A DNA stretch of 64,000 nt from Clostridia bacterium (GCA_017472285.1 JAFUQQ010000009.1:2889-66888); one strand, 5' to 3'; positions 1-11,419 are shown, numbered from the stretch's first letter. Translations and numbers: made by a program. The notes: generated by a model not told the origin, from the letters alone.

Positions 1-177
1 TTGCATTTTTTTCTCCCGATGATTTTCTTACCATAAGTATATAAAAGGATTCCCGTTCTGTCAATGCAAAAAAGTATCGAAATTCAAAGTTTTTATATAA
101 AAATCACAAAGATTTTTATATAAATATCGGATATAATGATAGTATATTAAAAAATATTTTTTCAGGAGGAAAGGATA

Positions 178-1548
178 ATGACTGAAAAAAACGGACTTCA
201 AAAGATCGTTGCGCAATTCGACCGTTTTGCGTATTACGTTGACCCGAAAATCGAACGTGATATTGAAGAAAACAGAAAAGGACAATTTCGTTTTCGATTT
301 CAGAATGAAAACGGCGAACCGATTGATAACGTAAAGATCAAAATCACACAAACGCGCCATGCATTCCATTTCGGCGCAACCACATTCTTTTTGCATCAGA
401 TGGAAACCCCCGAACTGAATGCCGCATATGAAGAAAAATTCACGAATATTTTCAATTATGCCGTTATTCCCTTGTACTGGGACACGCTGGAACCCGAAGA
501 AGGCAAGCCGCGTTTTGATAAGGATTCCCCTTTCATTTCCCGCCGTCCGCCGCTTGATGAAGCGATTGAATTTTGTGAACAAAACGGACTTGACATGAAA
601 GGTCATTGTTTGATCTATAATTCTTTCCAACCGAGTTGGCTTTCCGATGATAACCGCGAGATCAAGATCAAAATTGATAAACGTCTTAGGGAACTTGCAC
701 AGAGATATGGCGATAAATTTGTCGATGTTGACGTTATCAATGAAATGCTTACCATATATAAAAACTGTTATACGGGTAACGGATGCCGCAATTTGCAGAT
801 CACGGATGAACGCGACCATGAAAAATGGTGTTTTGATATCTGCAAACGTCATTTTCCGCATTCTCGTCTGTTCTGGAATGAAGGTATGCAGGAAAGTTTC
901 GGCGATCATTACCGCGGACACCGCAGTTATTATTATATGGCTTTGCAGGAATGGCTCTCCAAAGGTGCGCCCATCGAGGGTATCGGTATGCAATATCACG
1001 CATTTTGGCCGCATTGGAAAGGCATCGAAATGTTCGACGATATCAAAGGCGCGCTGAATCCCTTGCGCCAGCTTGACGTTTTTGCTTGTTACGGTGAGTT
1101 TGGATTGCCCATCCATATTTCCGAAGTTTCCATTCCGTCTTGGACGGGCGAAAAATTCGGAGAAGATGAAGAAGCGCAAGCAGAAGTGGTCAAACGTCTT
1201 TACAAGCTTTGGTTCAGCCGCAAATATTGCAAATCCATCGTCTGGTGGAATTTTGCCGATGATACCGCATTTAGCGGCGAAAATATTTTCCATGGCGGTC
1301 TGATCCGCAGAGATTGCACGGAAAAACCTGCCTACCGTGTACTTGACGATCTGATCAATCGCGAATGGCGCACGAATTTTGAAACCATCGCGAATAAAGA
1401 ATTGCGTTTCGCGGGATTTTACGGTACGTATGACATCGAGATCACGCATAACGGCAAAACAATCACAAAAACCGTTCGACTCCATGAAGATAACACCGGT
1501 TACGATAATCGTATCCGCGATTTCCGTTGCATCAATATTACAATATAA
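178..1548 (+). CDS. glycoside hydrolase family 10-like protein (xylanase fold)
   Basis: 456-aa ORF with AGGAGGA RBS a few nt upstream. GH10-type catalytic motifs are visible: acid/base 'DVINEM' and nucleophile 'IHISEVSI', plus 'GHCLIY'. No signal peptide. Confidence 0.6.
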   Translation: MTEKNGLQKIVAQFDRFAYYVDPKIERDIEENRKGQFRFRFQNENGEPIDNVKIKITQTRHAFHFGATTFFLHQMETPELNAAYEEKFTNIFNYAVIPLYWDTLEPEEGKPRFDKDSPFISRRPPLDEAIEFCEQNGLDMKGHCLIYNSFQPSWLSDDNREIKIKIDKRLRELAQRYGDKFVDVDVINEMLTIYKNCYTGNGCRNLQITDERDHEKWCFDICKRHFPHSRLFWNEGMQESFGDHYRGHRSYYYMALQEWLSKGAPIEGIGMQYHAFWPHWKGIEMFDDIKGALNPLRQLDVFACYGEFGLPIHISEVSIPSWTGEKFGEDEEAQAEVVKRLYKLWFSRKYCKSIVWWNFADDTAFSGENIFHGGLIRRDCTEKPAYRVLDDLINREWRTNFETIANKELRFAGFYGTYDIEITHNGKTITKTVRLHEDNTGYDNRIRDFRCINITI

Positions 1549-1554
1549 TAAACA

Positions 1555-1587
1555 AAAACCGTTGAGGATTTTCCTCAACGGTTTTTT
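1555..1587. terminator. bidirectional intrinsic terminator between convergent GH10-like and GH78-like genes
   Basis: AAAAACCGTTGAGGA-TTTT-CCTCAACGGTTTTTT: GC-containing stem flanked by an A-run and a T-run. Confidence 0.75.
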
Positions 1588-1601
1588 GAATATCGTTTAA
1601 A
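1585..1601. repeat. 17-bp dyad motif copy A (TTTGAATATCGTTTAAA, 1 mismatch)
   Basis: Lies between the terminator T-tract and the stop codon of the GH78-like gene. Differs at one position from the four exact copies. Confidence 0.7.
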
Positions 1602-3533
1602 TTATAACAATATATGATAATAATAAATAGGAAGTGCGCTCCATCCGTGGCAAAGACTGCCCGCATCGGCAAAATCTCGCCAGCCATTTTCTGTTTCCCA
1701 AACCGTACCGACACCACACTCCACCATCGGACGATAAATTTTTTCAATATCTGCAAGAATAAAGTCACGGTATTTTTCCCGATCGACCACAAGAAGCGTA
1801 TCATAAAGGAAACATTTCATACTGAGCGAGAGTTGTGTAAGAGAATGGTCACTCAATATTTTTTCGCAAAGTTCTTCTCTTTTCCGTTCTTCGCAAGCAC
1901 CGCAAAGGATCGCCAAGGAATTGCCGAGAATGCTATATTTTTTATTTGAATATCGATCAAAAAACATTTCTTTTTCGGCAGAATAGAAATAATTACGGAT
2001 CGATCCATTCAATTTTTCCGCAATTTCCAGATAACGATTCTCAATAGAAAGAGCGGATGCAATCTCAGCCATCCGTTGCAAAGCAAGCGACAGGAGCGTA
2101 TTCAATATCAAGTCATATTCGATATGACGGACAAATCGGGAACTAAAAAATTCCTTCTCGTCCAAGCCGTCGCTCCATTCATAAAAATTCCAATATTGTT
2201 TGCCTTCAAAGGGCAAGACAAGATCTCCCTCGCGTTCCATACGGGAAAGAAAAACGGAAAGAACGCTTTTCAATTTCGGATAGATTTCCCGTAAAAACGC
2301 TGTATCACCCGAATAACGCAGATATTCCGCGCAGGAAGTGAACCAATGCAGCGAAAATGACGGGATCACGAGATCCATTTTGATCGGAAAACAGATCGAA
2401 AGCAGTCCGTCCTCGCGGTCATCTTTGGAAATCAATTCTAAATTCGCCCTTGGAAACCTTGTTTCACCAAAAGCATAATAACCGAAAAGCATCTGATTGC
2501 GGCTATCCATGCAGTAAAGTGCCTGTTCGCGCCAAGGACAATCCTCATAATGCTCGTGCATACAATGTTTCAACGCGCGCACGGAAATATCATAGATTTC
2601 CGATTGCGCCTTGGTCAGAACGGGACGCTTTTTTTCTTCGACAGGATATATCGTCGGCACGATCGCAATTTGAATATCGTTCAAACCATATTCACTCTGC
2701 ACCTCAAGATAAACAGCGGCAAGCCTGCGAAAAGGATTCATATAAACCGTTTTTCCCTTTTTGACTCTAATCTCTACGCTGAAATCCCGACTGCTAATTT
2801 TTCTTTGCACCACGTCATCCGTCAGGTGTTCGGCATAAGAAACAACCAAGGTCTGTTCTTCATCGGAATCCGTTTCGATCTGCAAAAAGCCGACTGTATG
2901 GATACCGAGGTCAAAAACGCTGTCTGTGTCCGATATTTTTTTCAACAATTGACCGCAAACAGATTTCTCCAATTTCAGTTTTTCAACCGGACATATACGA
3001 AGCGGCAAATTTTGGTCCACAATCACGCTTCCGGAAAAACCATTGAGGATACCGGTCTTCCAATCGTCTTCTTTCGTCGCATCATAAAAGAAAGATAATC
3101 CCATTTGTCCCGTAATGATCTTTTTTCGGTGAGAAGAATACGCTGAACTCATACGGGAATCCGTTTTTTCTGAGCTTACGCAAACGGAAACACCGTCGCA
3201 AACAACGTCAAAAATCAATCCTGCATTTCCAGGATAATAAACGGAAGTCGTATCAATACCATAGTACCAAACGACAATTGCCAAATGATTTTCCCCCTGT
3301 CTGCAAAAAGGTTTCAGATCGATCGTATCATAAATCTTATCATACGGATAATCCGCGTATTGTCCGAACGAAACCTGAATACCGTTCAAATAGAGCGCAT
3401 AGTTGCTATCAGCCGAAATCGAAACGGAAATTTCGCCGCCGTTATATTGAAAAGATGAATAAAACTCTCCGTATTCATCCGCGCGCGGAGATTCACTGCA
3501 CCATATCCATTTTGCATTTTCAAATACTTTCAT
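1602..3533 (-). CDS. six-hairpin glycosidase, alpha-L-rhamnosidase (GH78)-like
   Basis: Long ORF. Start placed at MKVFENAKWIW (ATG 3533) because AAAGGGA lies 6 nt upstream. Motifs 'DCPWREQALYCMD' and 'GSLCHGWSALPIYYY' are typical of the GH78 catalytic domain. Confidence 0.55.
   Translation of the reverse strand: MKVFENAKWIWCSESPRADEYGEFYSSFQYNGGEISVSISADSNYALYLNGIQVSFGQYADYPYDKIYDTIDLKPFCRQGENHLAIVVWYYGIDTTSVYYPGNAGLIFDVVCDGVSVCVSSEKTDSRMSSAYSSHRKKIITGQMGLSFFYDATKEDDWKTGILNGFSGSVIVDQNLPLRICPVEKLKLEKSVCGQLLKKISDTDSVFDLGIHTVGFLQIETDSDEEQTLVVSYAEHLTDDVVQRKISSRDFSVEIRVKKGKTVYMNPFRRLAAVYLEVQSEYGLNDIQIAIVPTIYPVEEKKRPVLTKAQSEIYDISVRALKHCMHEHYEDCPWREQALYCMDSRNQMLFGYYAFGETRFPRANLELISKDDREDGLLSICFPIKMDLVIPSFSLHWFTSCAEYLRYSGDTAFLREIYPKLKSVLSVFLSRMEREGDLVLPFEGKQYWNFYEWSDGLDEKEFFSSRFVRHIEYDLILNTLLSLALQRMAEIASALSIENRYLEIAEKLNGSIRNYFYSAEKEMFFDRYSNKKYSILGNSLAILCGACEERKREELCEKILSDHSLTQLSLSMKCFLYDTLLVVDREKYRDFILADIEKIYRPMVECGVGTVWETENGWRDFADAGSLCHGWSALPIYYYHILL
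2669..2685. repeat. 17-bp dyad motif copy B (TTTGAATATCGTTCAAA, exact)
   Basis: Inside the GH78-like CDS, where the minus strand reads ..GLNDIQIA... Confidence 0.85.
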
Positions 3534-3549
3534 GTTATTCCCTTTCATA

Positions 3550-4760
<1,211 letters not shown>

Positions 4761-4763
4761 CAA

Positions 4764-5813
4764 ATGGATATAGGTTCTAATATTCGCTATTACAGAATGC
4801 AAATGGGAATCACGCAAGGCGAGCTTGCCGAAATGCTTTGCGTTTCTCATCAAACCGTCAGCAAATGGGAGCGGCAGCTCGTCTATCCCGATATTACTGT
4901 TTTGCCGAAGCTTGCAACTGCCTTTCATACAAGCATTGACAATCTTTTGAATTTCAATATCAGCGAGGCACAGAAATATATCGCAGAGATCAAAGAAAAA
5001 TTGCATAAATACAACGAAACAGGAAATATTTCTGCACAAAAACAGCTTTTGGAAGCAGCGATTCAAAAATATCCGCAAGAACCGTTTTTCATTGAGAGAC
5101 TTTTGAACGTCTGTATTCCTTTAGCACACACAGAAAAACTTTCCGAAACGGATTTTTTACGCATGAAAGCCATCGGCGACCATTATGTCGGCAAATCCGA
5201 TGATAAAGCATATTCCGACAGTATTTTGCGTGCGCTTGCTTTGCTCTGTGCATCATTTGAACGATATTCAAACGAGGCGATGGTATATTATCAACGTATA
5301 CCTTCTCTGCGTAATATCAAAAGTAATATCGCGCATTTTCTATTACAGCCAGAGGAGTATGCGTGTATTGCGCCGAAAATAATTGCAGATCATATTTATT
5401 ACGCCTCTCTTATGTGCCGGAATCTCGCTTTGCAAGCAAAATCGGAAGACGAGAAAGCAGAAAAATTCCTTGCCTCGAATCAAATCATCGAAAATTTCTT
5501 TCTTGATGAAAATCACGGCTATTTTTCAACCATTTTGACAAAAAATCATTACGATCTTTCTCTGCTCTTTCTGAATACAGACGAAGAACGCTTCTTCATC
5601 CATGCCGAAAAATGCCTTTTGGAAGCGATGCACTATCTTTCTTTTCTGAACGGGAATTATCGGACAATCCTTGGCGAAATCGAATATGATAAAAGCATCT
5701 ATTACGATAAGAATAATTATTTTGAAAAATATAAGCAAAAATATTCAGAAAATATCAAAAACACAAAAATGTCCGTACAAAATGGATTGATCCGTATTCT
5801 TTCAAAATTTTAA
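4764..5813 (+). CDS. XRE-family HTH transcriptional regulator with long helical (TPR-like) C-terminal domain
   Basis: N-terminal 'IRYYRMQMGITQGELAEMLCVSHQTVSKWE' is a Cro/C1 HTH. Starts 3 nt after the gap stop codon. Confidence 0.8.
   Translation: MDIGSNIRYYRMQMGITQGELAEMLCVSHQTVSKWERQLVYPDITVLPKLATAFHTSIDNLLNFNISEAQKYIAEIKEKLHKYNETGNISAQKQLLEAAIQKYPQEPFFIERLLNVCIPLAHTEKLSETDFLRMKAIGDHYVGKSDDKAYSDSILRALALLCASFERYSNEAMVYYQRIPSLRNIKSNIAHFLLQPEEYACIAPKIIADHIYYASLMCRNLALQAKSEDEKAEKFLASNQIIENFFLDENHGYFSTILTKNHYDLSLLFLNTDEERFFIHAEKCLLEAMHYLSFLNGNYRTILGEIEYDKSIYYDKNNYFEKYKQKYSENIKNTKMSVQNGLIRILSKF
5256..5272. repeat. 17-bp dyad motif copy D (TTTGAACGATATTCAAA, exact)
   Basis: Inside the XRE regulator CDS, read as ..SFERYSN... 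This is a different frame from copy B. Confidence 0.85.
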
Positions 5814-5823
5814 AATTCAATAC

Positions 5824-5857
5824 AAAAACGAGACAGCAATCCGCTGCCTCGTTTTTT
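5824..5857. terminator. bidirectional intrinsic terminator between the XRE regulator and the AIM24 gene
   Basis: AAAAACGAGACAGC-AATCC-GCTGCCTCGTTTTTT. Confidence 0.7.
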
Positions 5858-5871
5858 GAACGATATTCAAA
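5855..5871. repeat. 17-bp dyad motif copy E (TTTGAACGATATTCAAA, exact)
   Basis: Lies between the terminator T-tract and the stop codon of the AIM24 gene. This is the same placement as copy A. Confidence 0.85.
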
Positions 5872-5873
5872 AG

Positions 5874-6644
5874 TTAAATCATACCTCTCGTCACGGGTGC
5901 AAGCAAAACTTTACCTGTTCCGCGATATACGTTAACAAGCCCTTCACCCGATGCGGCAGAACCGATGAGTGTTTTACCCGAGCGTTCCACGGTGAAATTC
6001 AGACTTCCACTCCAAGCGATCGCCATATTGCCATCCACTTTCAGAACATCATTATCAAGAGTAATTTCCACAAGTTCTTCTTTGGGGCAATCGGATTCCA
6101 AACAAAGAATACCCTTACCCGTGATACCGAGATTGAAAAGACCTTCATTGCCCGCAACCGCGGAAGAAAGATTGGAACGCGCCACCGTTTTATGTTTGAG
6201 CGTTGCTTCACAAGCAAGGAAAAGACCGTCATCCAGAACGATACCGCCGTTCCATTCAGCAACGTCAAGCAAAATGATATGTTTATAAGTCGGCTCCAGA
6301 ACAAGCATACCGCTTCCTGTATATTCGGGTTTGATCGCAGATTCGCCCGTTACGGAACCGCGGAATGCCTTACCGATGAGATCGCCGATGCCTTTGACAC
6401 CCGTCGTTGCATTGACGTTACCGATCGTCCATTGCATTGCGCCTGCCTGTACCGTAACCGAAGATTTGGAAACATCGCAGACGACCTGACGTTTGCGAAC
6501 ATTCATTGCGTTGCAATAATAAGCCATCATCGCAGCTTCGGGCGCAACGCTGAGATCGCGCTGATATTCGATGACGGAAAACGCACCGAGCGTATCCAGC
6601 GTCTTGATATCGTCATTGTCCGTAAAATTTTTGATCTGATACAT
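5874..6644 (-). CDS. AIM24 family protein (DUF124)
   Basis: Start at MYQIKNF with AGGAGGA RBS. The Gly-rich beta-rich sequence ('GESAIKPEYTGSGMLVLEP', 'GEGLVNVYRGTGKVLLAP') is typical of AIM24/TIGR00266. Confidence 0.7.
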   Translation of the reverse strand: MYQIKNFTDNDDIKTLDTLGAFSVIEYQRDLSVAPEAAMMAYYCNAMNVRKRQVVCDVSKSSVTVQAGAMQWTIGNVNATTGVKGIGDLIGKAFRGSVTGESAIKPEYTGSGMLVLEPTYKHIILLDVAEWNGGIVLDDGLFLACEATLKHKTVARSNLSSAVAGNEGLFNLGITGKGILCLESDCPKEELVEITLDNDVLKVDGNMAIAWSGSLNFTVERSGKTLIGSAASGEGLVNVYRGTGKVLLAPVTRGMI

Positions 6645-6678
6645 AAAATAGTCCTCCTGATATATATAAAATGGATAA

Positions 6679-6706
6679 GGGAGATGCTTCACCGAAAGCA
6701 TCTCCC
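6679..6706. repeat. GGGAG-palindrome element, variant copy
   Basis: GGGAGATGCTT-CACCGA-AAGCATCTCCC. The arms are identical to those of the copy at 46963. Confidence 0.7.
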
Positions 6707-6740
6707 AAAATTTCATGCAAAAAATGTGAAATACCGGATA

Positions 6741-9700
6741 TTAGTCTTTTTCTTTTGCAAGTTCCGCATCAAGATTTTTCTTTGCGGAAGAAAGCATGAG
6801 TTTGATACGGTTGAGCTGATTGACTTCACTTGCGCCGGGGTCATAGTCCACAGCAACGATATTTGCCTGCGGATAAACCTTACGGATGAGTTTAATAACA
6901 CCCTTGCCGACAACGTGATTAGGCAGACAAGCGAAAGGCTGGATACAAACGATATTCGGTGTACCCGTCTTAACAAGCTCGATCATTTCACCCGTCAGGA
7001 ACCAACCTTCGCCGTATTGGTTACCGATGGAAAGGAACGGTTTCGCAAGATCGGCAATCTCTTCGATCGGCATCGGTTCTTCAAAGCGTTTGCTTGCCTT
7101 GAGGGCATCGAGCGCGGGTTTACGGAGCGCACGGATCAAGCCAACACCGATCTTTGCCGTTGCAGCGGCAGTCCATTTCGCACCGAGGAATTCGTGTTTA
7201 TAATCGGAGTTATAAACGCAATAGTTGAAGAAATCCATGAGGTCGGGAACAACGACTTCCGCGCCTTCTTTTTCGAGAAGGTCAACAAGATGGTTATTCG
7301 CGAGAGGCATATATTTGACAAGGATTTCACCGACGATACCGACACGAGGTTTACGGAGCGTTTCATCGATGGGAAGCTTATCGAAATCTTCAACGATACC
7401 TTTGCAAACGGATTTATAGCTGTGTTTGGTCTTATCGTTTGCGAGAGAATCCACACAGATATTGATCCATTTCTGATGGAGTGCTTCCGCAGAGCCTTTC
7501 TTGAGTTCATAGGGGCGTACACGGTACAGACAACGCATGAAAAGGTCGCCGTAAACGATACCTTTGAGTGCGGCAAGGATCAAAGCGGGACTCAGCTTGA
7601 AGCCTTCGTTGGTTTCCATACCATTGGCATTCAGGGAGATAACGGGAATATGGGAAAGTCCGACTTTATCGAGCGCACGGCGGATAAAGCCGACGTAGTT
7701 ACTTGCGCGGCAACAACCGCCCGTCTGCGACATGATAATGGCAAGCTTATTGGTATCATATCTGCCCGAAAGCACCGCTTCCATGATCTGTCCGACAACG
7801 GTGATGGACGGGAAGCAAGCATCGTTATTGACGTATTTCAAGCCGACATCGATCGCCGTGCGGTTATCGTTGCTGAGGATTTCCAGATTGAAACCGTATT
7901 TTCTGACGACGGGTTCCAGAATATCAAAATGAATCGGGGACATCTGCGGAGCAAGGATGGTATAACCCTGCGCCTGCATTTCCTTGGTGTATTCTGTACG
8001 GTTATAATCGATGGGTTTCACTTCGGGAACGATGCCCTTTTCTTCTCTCATATTCATAGCCGCAAGCAAACTGCGGATACGAATGCGGACAGCACCGAGG
8101 TTATTGACTTCGTCGATTTTGAGAACGGTATAGAGCTTGTTGCTTCCTTCGAGAATTTCGCTGACCTGATCGGTCGTGACCGCGTCCAGACCGCAACCGA
8201 AGGAATTGAGCTGAATGAGTTCGAGATTTTCTTTGGTTCTGACAAATTCCGCCGCGGAATACAAACGGGAATGATATACCCACTGGTCGTTGGCACGGAG
8301 AGGACGGACAGGATTGAAATCGATCGGCAAGGAGTCTTCCGTCAGCACCGCCATACCGTAAGAAGCTATGAGTTCGGGAATACCGTGATTGATTTCGGGG
8401 TCAACGTGATACGGACGGCCTGCAAGCACGATACCTCGTTTGCCGTTTGCTTCCATCCAATCGAGTGCTTTTTTACCTTCGGCACGGATATCATTTTTCG
8501 CCGCAAGCTGTTCCTCCCAGGCGAGATGGACTGCCGCACGGATCTCTTTTGCGGGAATGTTCCATTTCTTTTCGAGAAGTCTTACCAAGCGGTCTGCCGC
8601 TGTCTTTTCATTTGTGAAAGCGATGAACGGACGGATATATTCGACCGTACCGTCAACGACTTCTTCGACGTTGTTTTTGAGGTTTTCGGAATAAGAAACG
8701 ACGATGGGACAGTTATAATGATTCTGCGCGTCGGGAGTTTCCTGTCTTTCGTAGAATACGCAAGGATGGAAAATGCGTGTGACACCTTCATTGATGAGCC
8801 ATTGAATATGACCGTGAGAGAGCTTTGCGGGATAACATTCGGATTCGGAAGGAATGGTTTCCATACCAAGCTCGTAAATCTTTCTTGTGGATTTCGGGGA
8901 AAGCACGACACGGAAGCCGAGCTGTTTGAAGAATGTCGCCCAGAAGGGATAGTTTTCGTACATATTCAGCACACGCGGAATACCGATCGTACCGCGAGGC
9001 GCATTTTCTTCGGTAAGCGGTTCGTATCCGAAAAGTCTTTCCATCTTATAAGCGGAAATATTCGGACCTTTTTCCTTGCCTTTATCACCGCCAAGACCCT
9101 TTTCGCAACGGTTGCCTGTGATATGGCGGCGACCACCGGGAAACGTATTGACCGTCAGCATACAACGGTTGGAACAACCGCCGCAACGAGCCGTCTTTGT
9201 CGTATATGTAAGCGCAACGATCTCGGAGATCGGAAGCATCGTGGTTTCTTTACCTTTATAGCGTTCACGCGCTATGAGAGCCGCACCGAACGCGCCCATG
9301 ATACCCGAAATATCAGGGCAAGTCGCTTCGACACCGGAAATTTTTTCGAAAGCACGGAGCACCGCCTGATTATAAAACGTACCGCCCTGAACAACGATAT
9401 GGGAACCGAGTTCGGAGGGGTCTGTCAATTTGATAACTTTATAGATTGCATTTTTGATAACGGAATACGCAAGACCTGCGGAGATATCCTGAACGGTCGC
9501 ACCTTCTTTTTGTGCCTGTTTCACGTTGGAGTTCATGAAAACGGTGCAACGTGTACCGAGATCGATCGGATTTTTAGCAAAAAGTGCTTCTTTTGCAAAA
9601 TCCTTCGCGGTAAAACCGAGAGAGTTTGCAAAGTTTTCGATGAAGGAACCGCACCCCGAAGAACAAGCCTCGTTGAGAAGGATGGTATCCACAGAATGAT

Positions 9701-10991
9701 TGCGCACCTTGACGCATTTCATATCCTGACCGCCGATATCGAGAACGCAATCCACCTCGGGATCGAAGAATGCCGCCGCCGTGCAGTGAGCAATGGTTTC
9801 GACTTCGCCGTGGTCAAGGCAGAAAGCGGATTTCAGGAGATTTTCGCCGTAACCTGTGGAACAGGATTGCACGATCTTTGCGGTTTCAGGAAGAAGTTTA
9901 CCGACTTCTGCCATCGCACGGATAGCTGTCTGAACGGGAGAACCTTGGTTGTTGGAATAGAAAGAATGAAGGAGTTCGCCTTCTTCACCGATCACGGCAA
10001 GTTTGGTCGTCGTGGAACCCGCATCAATACCGAGATAGCAATTGCCTTTATAAGTGGCAAGATTACCTTTTGCAACTTTTGATTTTCCGTGACGTACACA
10101 GAATGCATCGTAATCCGCTTGTGTTTCAAAAAGCGGATCAAGGCGTTTCAATTCAAATGCCATTTCCACGCCGTTTTCCAATCGGGTTCTCAGATCGGAA
10201 AGTGCAATGTTCGGCGCATCGTTCGCTTCCAGCGCCGCACCCATTGCCGCAAAAAGATGTGAATTTTCGGAATCCACGATATTTTCGGGTGTGAGCTTCA
10301 AGGTACGGATGAATGCTTTTTTGAGTTCGGGCAAGAAATGGAGCGGACCGCCAAGGAACGCTACGCAGCCGCGGATGGGTTTACCGCAAGCAAGACCGGA
10401 AATCGTCTGGTTGACAACGGCTTGGAAAATGGAAGCCGCAAGGTCAGCCTTTGTCGCGCCTTCGTTGATGAGAGGCTGAATATCCGTTTTGGCAAAAACA
10501 CCGCAACGTGCCGCGATGGGATAGATTTCTTTATAATTTTCCGCTTCTTTGTTGAGTCCCGTTGCATCCGTCTGCAAGAGAGAAGCCATCTGGTCGATGA
10601 AAGAACCCGTACCGCCCGCGCAGATACCGTTCATACGTTCTTCCAGACCGCCATCGAAATAAATAATTTTTGCATCTTCGCCGCCAAGTTCAATGGCAAC
10701 GTCCGTCTGCGGAGCGGTAAACTGCAATGCCGTTGCAACGGCAACGACTTCCTGAACGAATCCGATACCCAAGGCTTTGCCGAGGTTGATCGAACCCGAA
10801 CCCGTGATTTTGACTTGTAATTCGCAATTACCGATCTTTTCACCCGCTTCTTTCAGAAGTTCTGCGAGCGTTTCCTGTGTATGTGCGCAATGACGGCGAT
10901 ATTCACCGTATAAAATCTTTCCGGTTTCGTCGAGCAAAACCAATTTCACTGTTGTAGAGCCGATATCAATGCCGGCACGATATACTTTCAT
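6741..10991 (-). CDS. acyl-CoA dehydratase activase-related fusion protein (two BcrAD/BadFG ATPase modules plus DUF2229-type domains)
   Basis: 1416 aa. Two 'GIDIGSTT / GIDAGSTTTK' actin-fold ATPase starts and Cys-rich linker regions. Start at MKVYRAGIDIGS with GGAAAGGAAAA RBS. Confidence 0.8.
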   Translation of the reverse strand: MKVYRAGIDIGSTTVKLVLLDETGKILYGEYRRHCAHTQETLAELLKEAGEKIGNCELQVKITGSGSINLGKALGIGFVQEVVAVATALQFTAPQTDVAIELGGEDAKIIYFDGGLEERMNGICAGGTGSFIDQMASLLQTDATGLNKEAENYKEIYPIAARCGVFAKTDIQPLINEGATKADLAASIFQAVVNQTISGLACGKPIRGCVAFLGGPLHFLPELKKAFIRTLKLTPENIVDSENSHLFAAMGAALEANDAPNIALSDLRTRLENGVEMAFELKRLDPLFETQADYDAFCVRHGKSKVAKGNLATYKGNCYLGIDAGSTTTKLAVIGEEGELLHSFYSNNQGSPVQTAIRAMAEVGKLLPETAKIVQSCSTGYGENLLKSAFCLDHGEVETIAHCTAAAFFDPEVDCVLDIGGQDMKCVKVRNHSVDTILLNEACSSGCGSFIENFANSLGFTAKDFAKEALFAKNPIDLGTRCTVFMNSNVKQAQKEGATVQDISAGLAYSVIKNAIYKVIKLTDPSELGSHIVVQGGTFYNQAVLRAFEKISGVEATCPDISGIMGAFGAALIARERYKGKETTMLPISEIVALTYTTKTARCGGCSNRCMLTVNTFPGGRRHITGNRCEKGLGGDKGKEKGPNISAYKMERLFGYEPLTEENAPRGTIGIPRVLNMYENYPFWATFFKQLGFRVVLSPKSTRKIYELGMETIPSESECYPAKLSHGHIQWLINEGVTRIFHPCVFYERQETPDAQNHYNCPIVVSYSENLKNNVEEVVDGTVEYIRPFIAFTNEKTAADRLVRLLEKKWNIPAKEIRAAVHLAWEEQLAAKNDIRAEGKKALDWMEANGKRGIVLAGRPYHVDPEINHGIPELIASYGMAVLTEDSLPIDFNPVRPLRANDQWVYHSRLYSAAEFVRTKENLELIQLNSFGCGLDAVTTDQVSEILEGSNKLYTVLKIDEVNNLGAVRIRIRSLLAAMNMREEKGIVPEVKPIDYNRTEYTKEMQAQGYTILAPQMSPIHFDILEPVVRKYGFNLEILSNDNRTAIDVGLKYVNNDACFPSITVVGQIMEAVLSGRYDTNKLAIIMSQTGGCCRASNYVGFIRRALDKVGLSHIPVISLNANGMETNEGFKLSPALILAALKGIVYGDLFMRCLYRVRPYELKKGSAEALHQKWINICVDSLANDKTKHSYKSVCKGIVEDFDKLPIDETLRKPRVGIVGEILVKYMPLANNHLVDLLEKEGAEVVVPDLMDFFNYCVYNSDYKHEFLGAKWTAAATAKIGVGLIRALRKPALDALKASKRFEEPMPIEEIADLAKPFLSIGNQYGEGWFLTGEMIELVKTGTPNIVCIQPFACLPNHVVGKGVIKLIRKVYPQANIVAVDYDPGASEVNQLNRIKLMLSSAKKNLDAELAKEKD

Positions 10992-11042
10992 CTGAAATTT
11001 TCCTTTCCCAATCAATATATTATGATAATCCTCTAATTATGT

Positions 11043-11071
11043 AGTATATCATTTTTTTCGATGATTTTCAA
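11043..11071 (-). promoter_or_regulatory. sigma-A type promoter for the activase operon
   Basis: Minus strand reads TTGAAA-ATCATCGAAAAAAATGA-TATACT (N17). Confidence 0.5.
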
Positions 11072-11126
11072 CAGTTATTTTATGAACTTTTTTCGCAACG
11101 CAAAAAAATATGCGGGAAATACGAAC

Positions 11127-11158
11127 GGGGAGGCGCTTTTTGCAAAAAGCGCCTCCCC
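11127..11158. repeat. GGGGAG-palindrome element
   Basis: GGGGAGGCGCTTTTTGCAAAAAGCGCCTCCCC, a perfect 32-bp palindrome. Followed by GAAACCCCTCCGCAAAAACTTTT. Confidence 0.85.
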
Positions 11159-11221
11159 GAAACCCCTCCGCAAAAACTTTTGTTAAGGGGTGTGTTAGCA
11201 TATGATTGGATTCAGAGTGTA

Positions 11222-11419
11222 TTATTCCATTTGCGAACCTTTGATGATGATCGTAAGCCAACCGAGTTCGTCAACCGAAAGATTGTCTTCGATCTCTTTT
11301 TCGCCGTGTGTTTTCAGCACCAATTCTTCGGAATCGGGCGGATAATGCGTCTGGTTCCATTCGTAAACGCAGATACGTTTATAATCAAACGCAGAAAAAT
11401 CGATCTCTTTGACCTTCAT
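11222..11419 (-). CDS. small hypothetical protein (65 aa)
   Basis: ATG lies 2 nt after the esterase stop codon and is co-directional. No recognisable domain. Confidence 0.4.
   Translation of the reverse strand: MKVKEIDFSAFDYKRICVYEWNQTHYPPDSEELVLKTHGEKEIEDNLSVDELGWLTIIIKGSQME

Noticed and set aside
61-1578. 505-aa minus-strand ORF
   Set aside because: Antisense shadow of the GH10-like gene. No motifs and no RBS.
5856-10082. 1408-aa plus-strand ORF, the longest in the window
   Set aside because: It is the antisense shadow of the activase gene (6741-10991, minus). The translation is low-complexity (rich in R/F/I/D) with no recognisable motif and no RBS. The minus-strand ORF has clear BcrAD/BadFG ATPase signatures.
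11049-11261. 70-aa minus-strand ORF and 108-aa plus-strand ORF in the activase upstream region
   Set aside because: They overlap the palindrome element and the promoter region. No RBS, and repeat-derived sequence.
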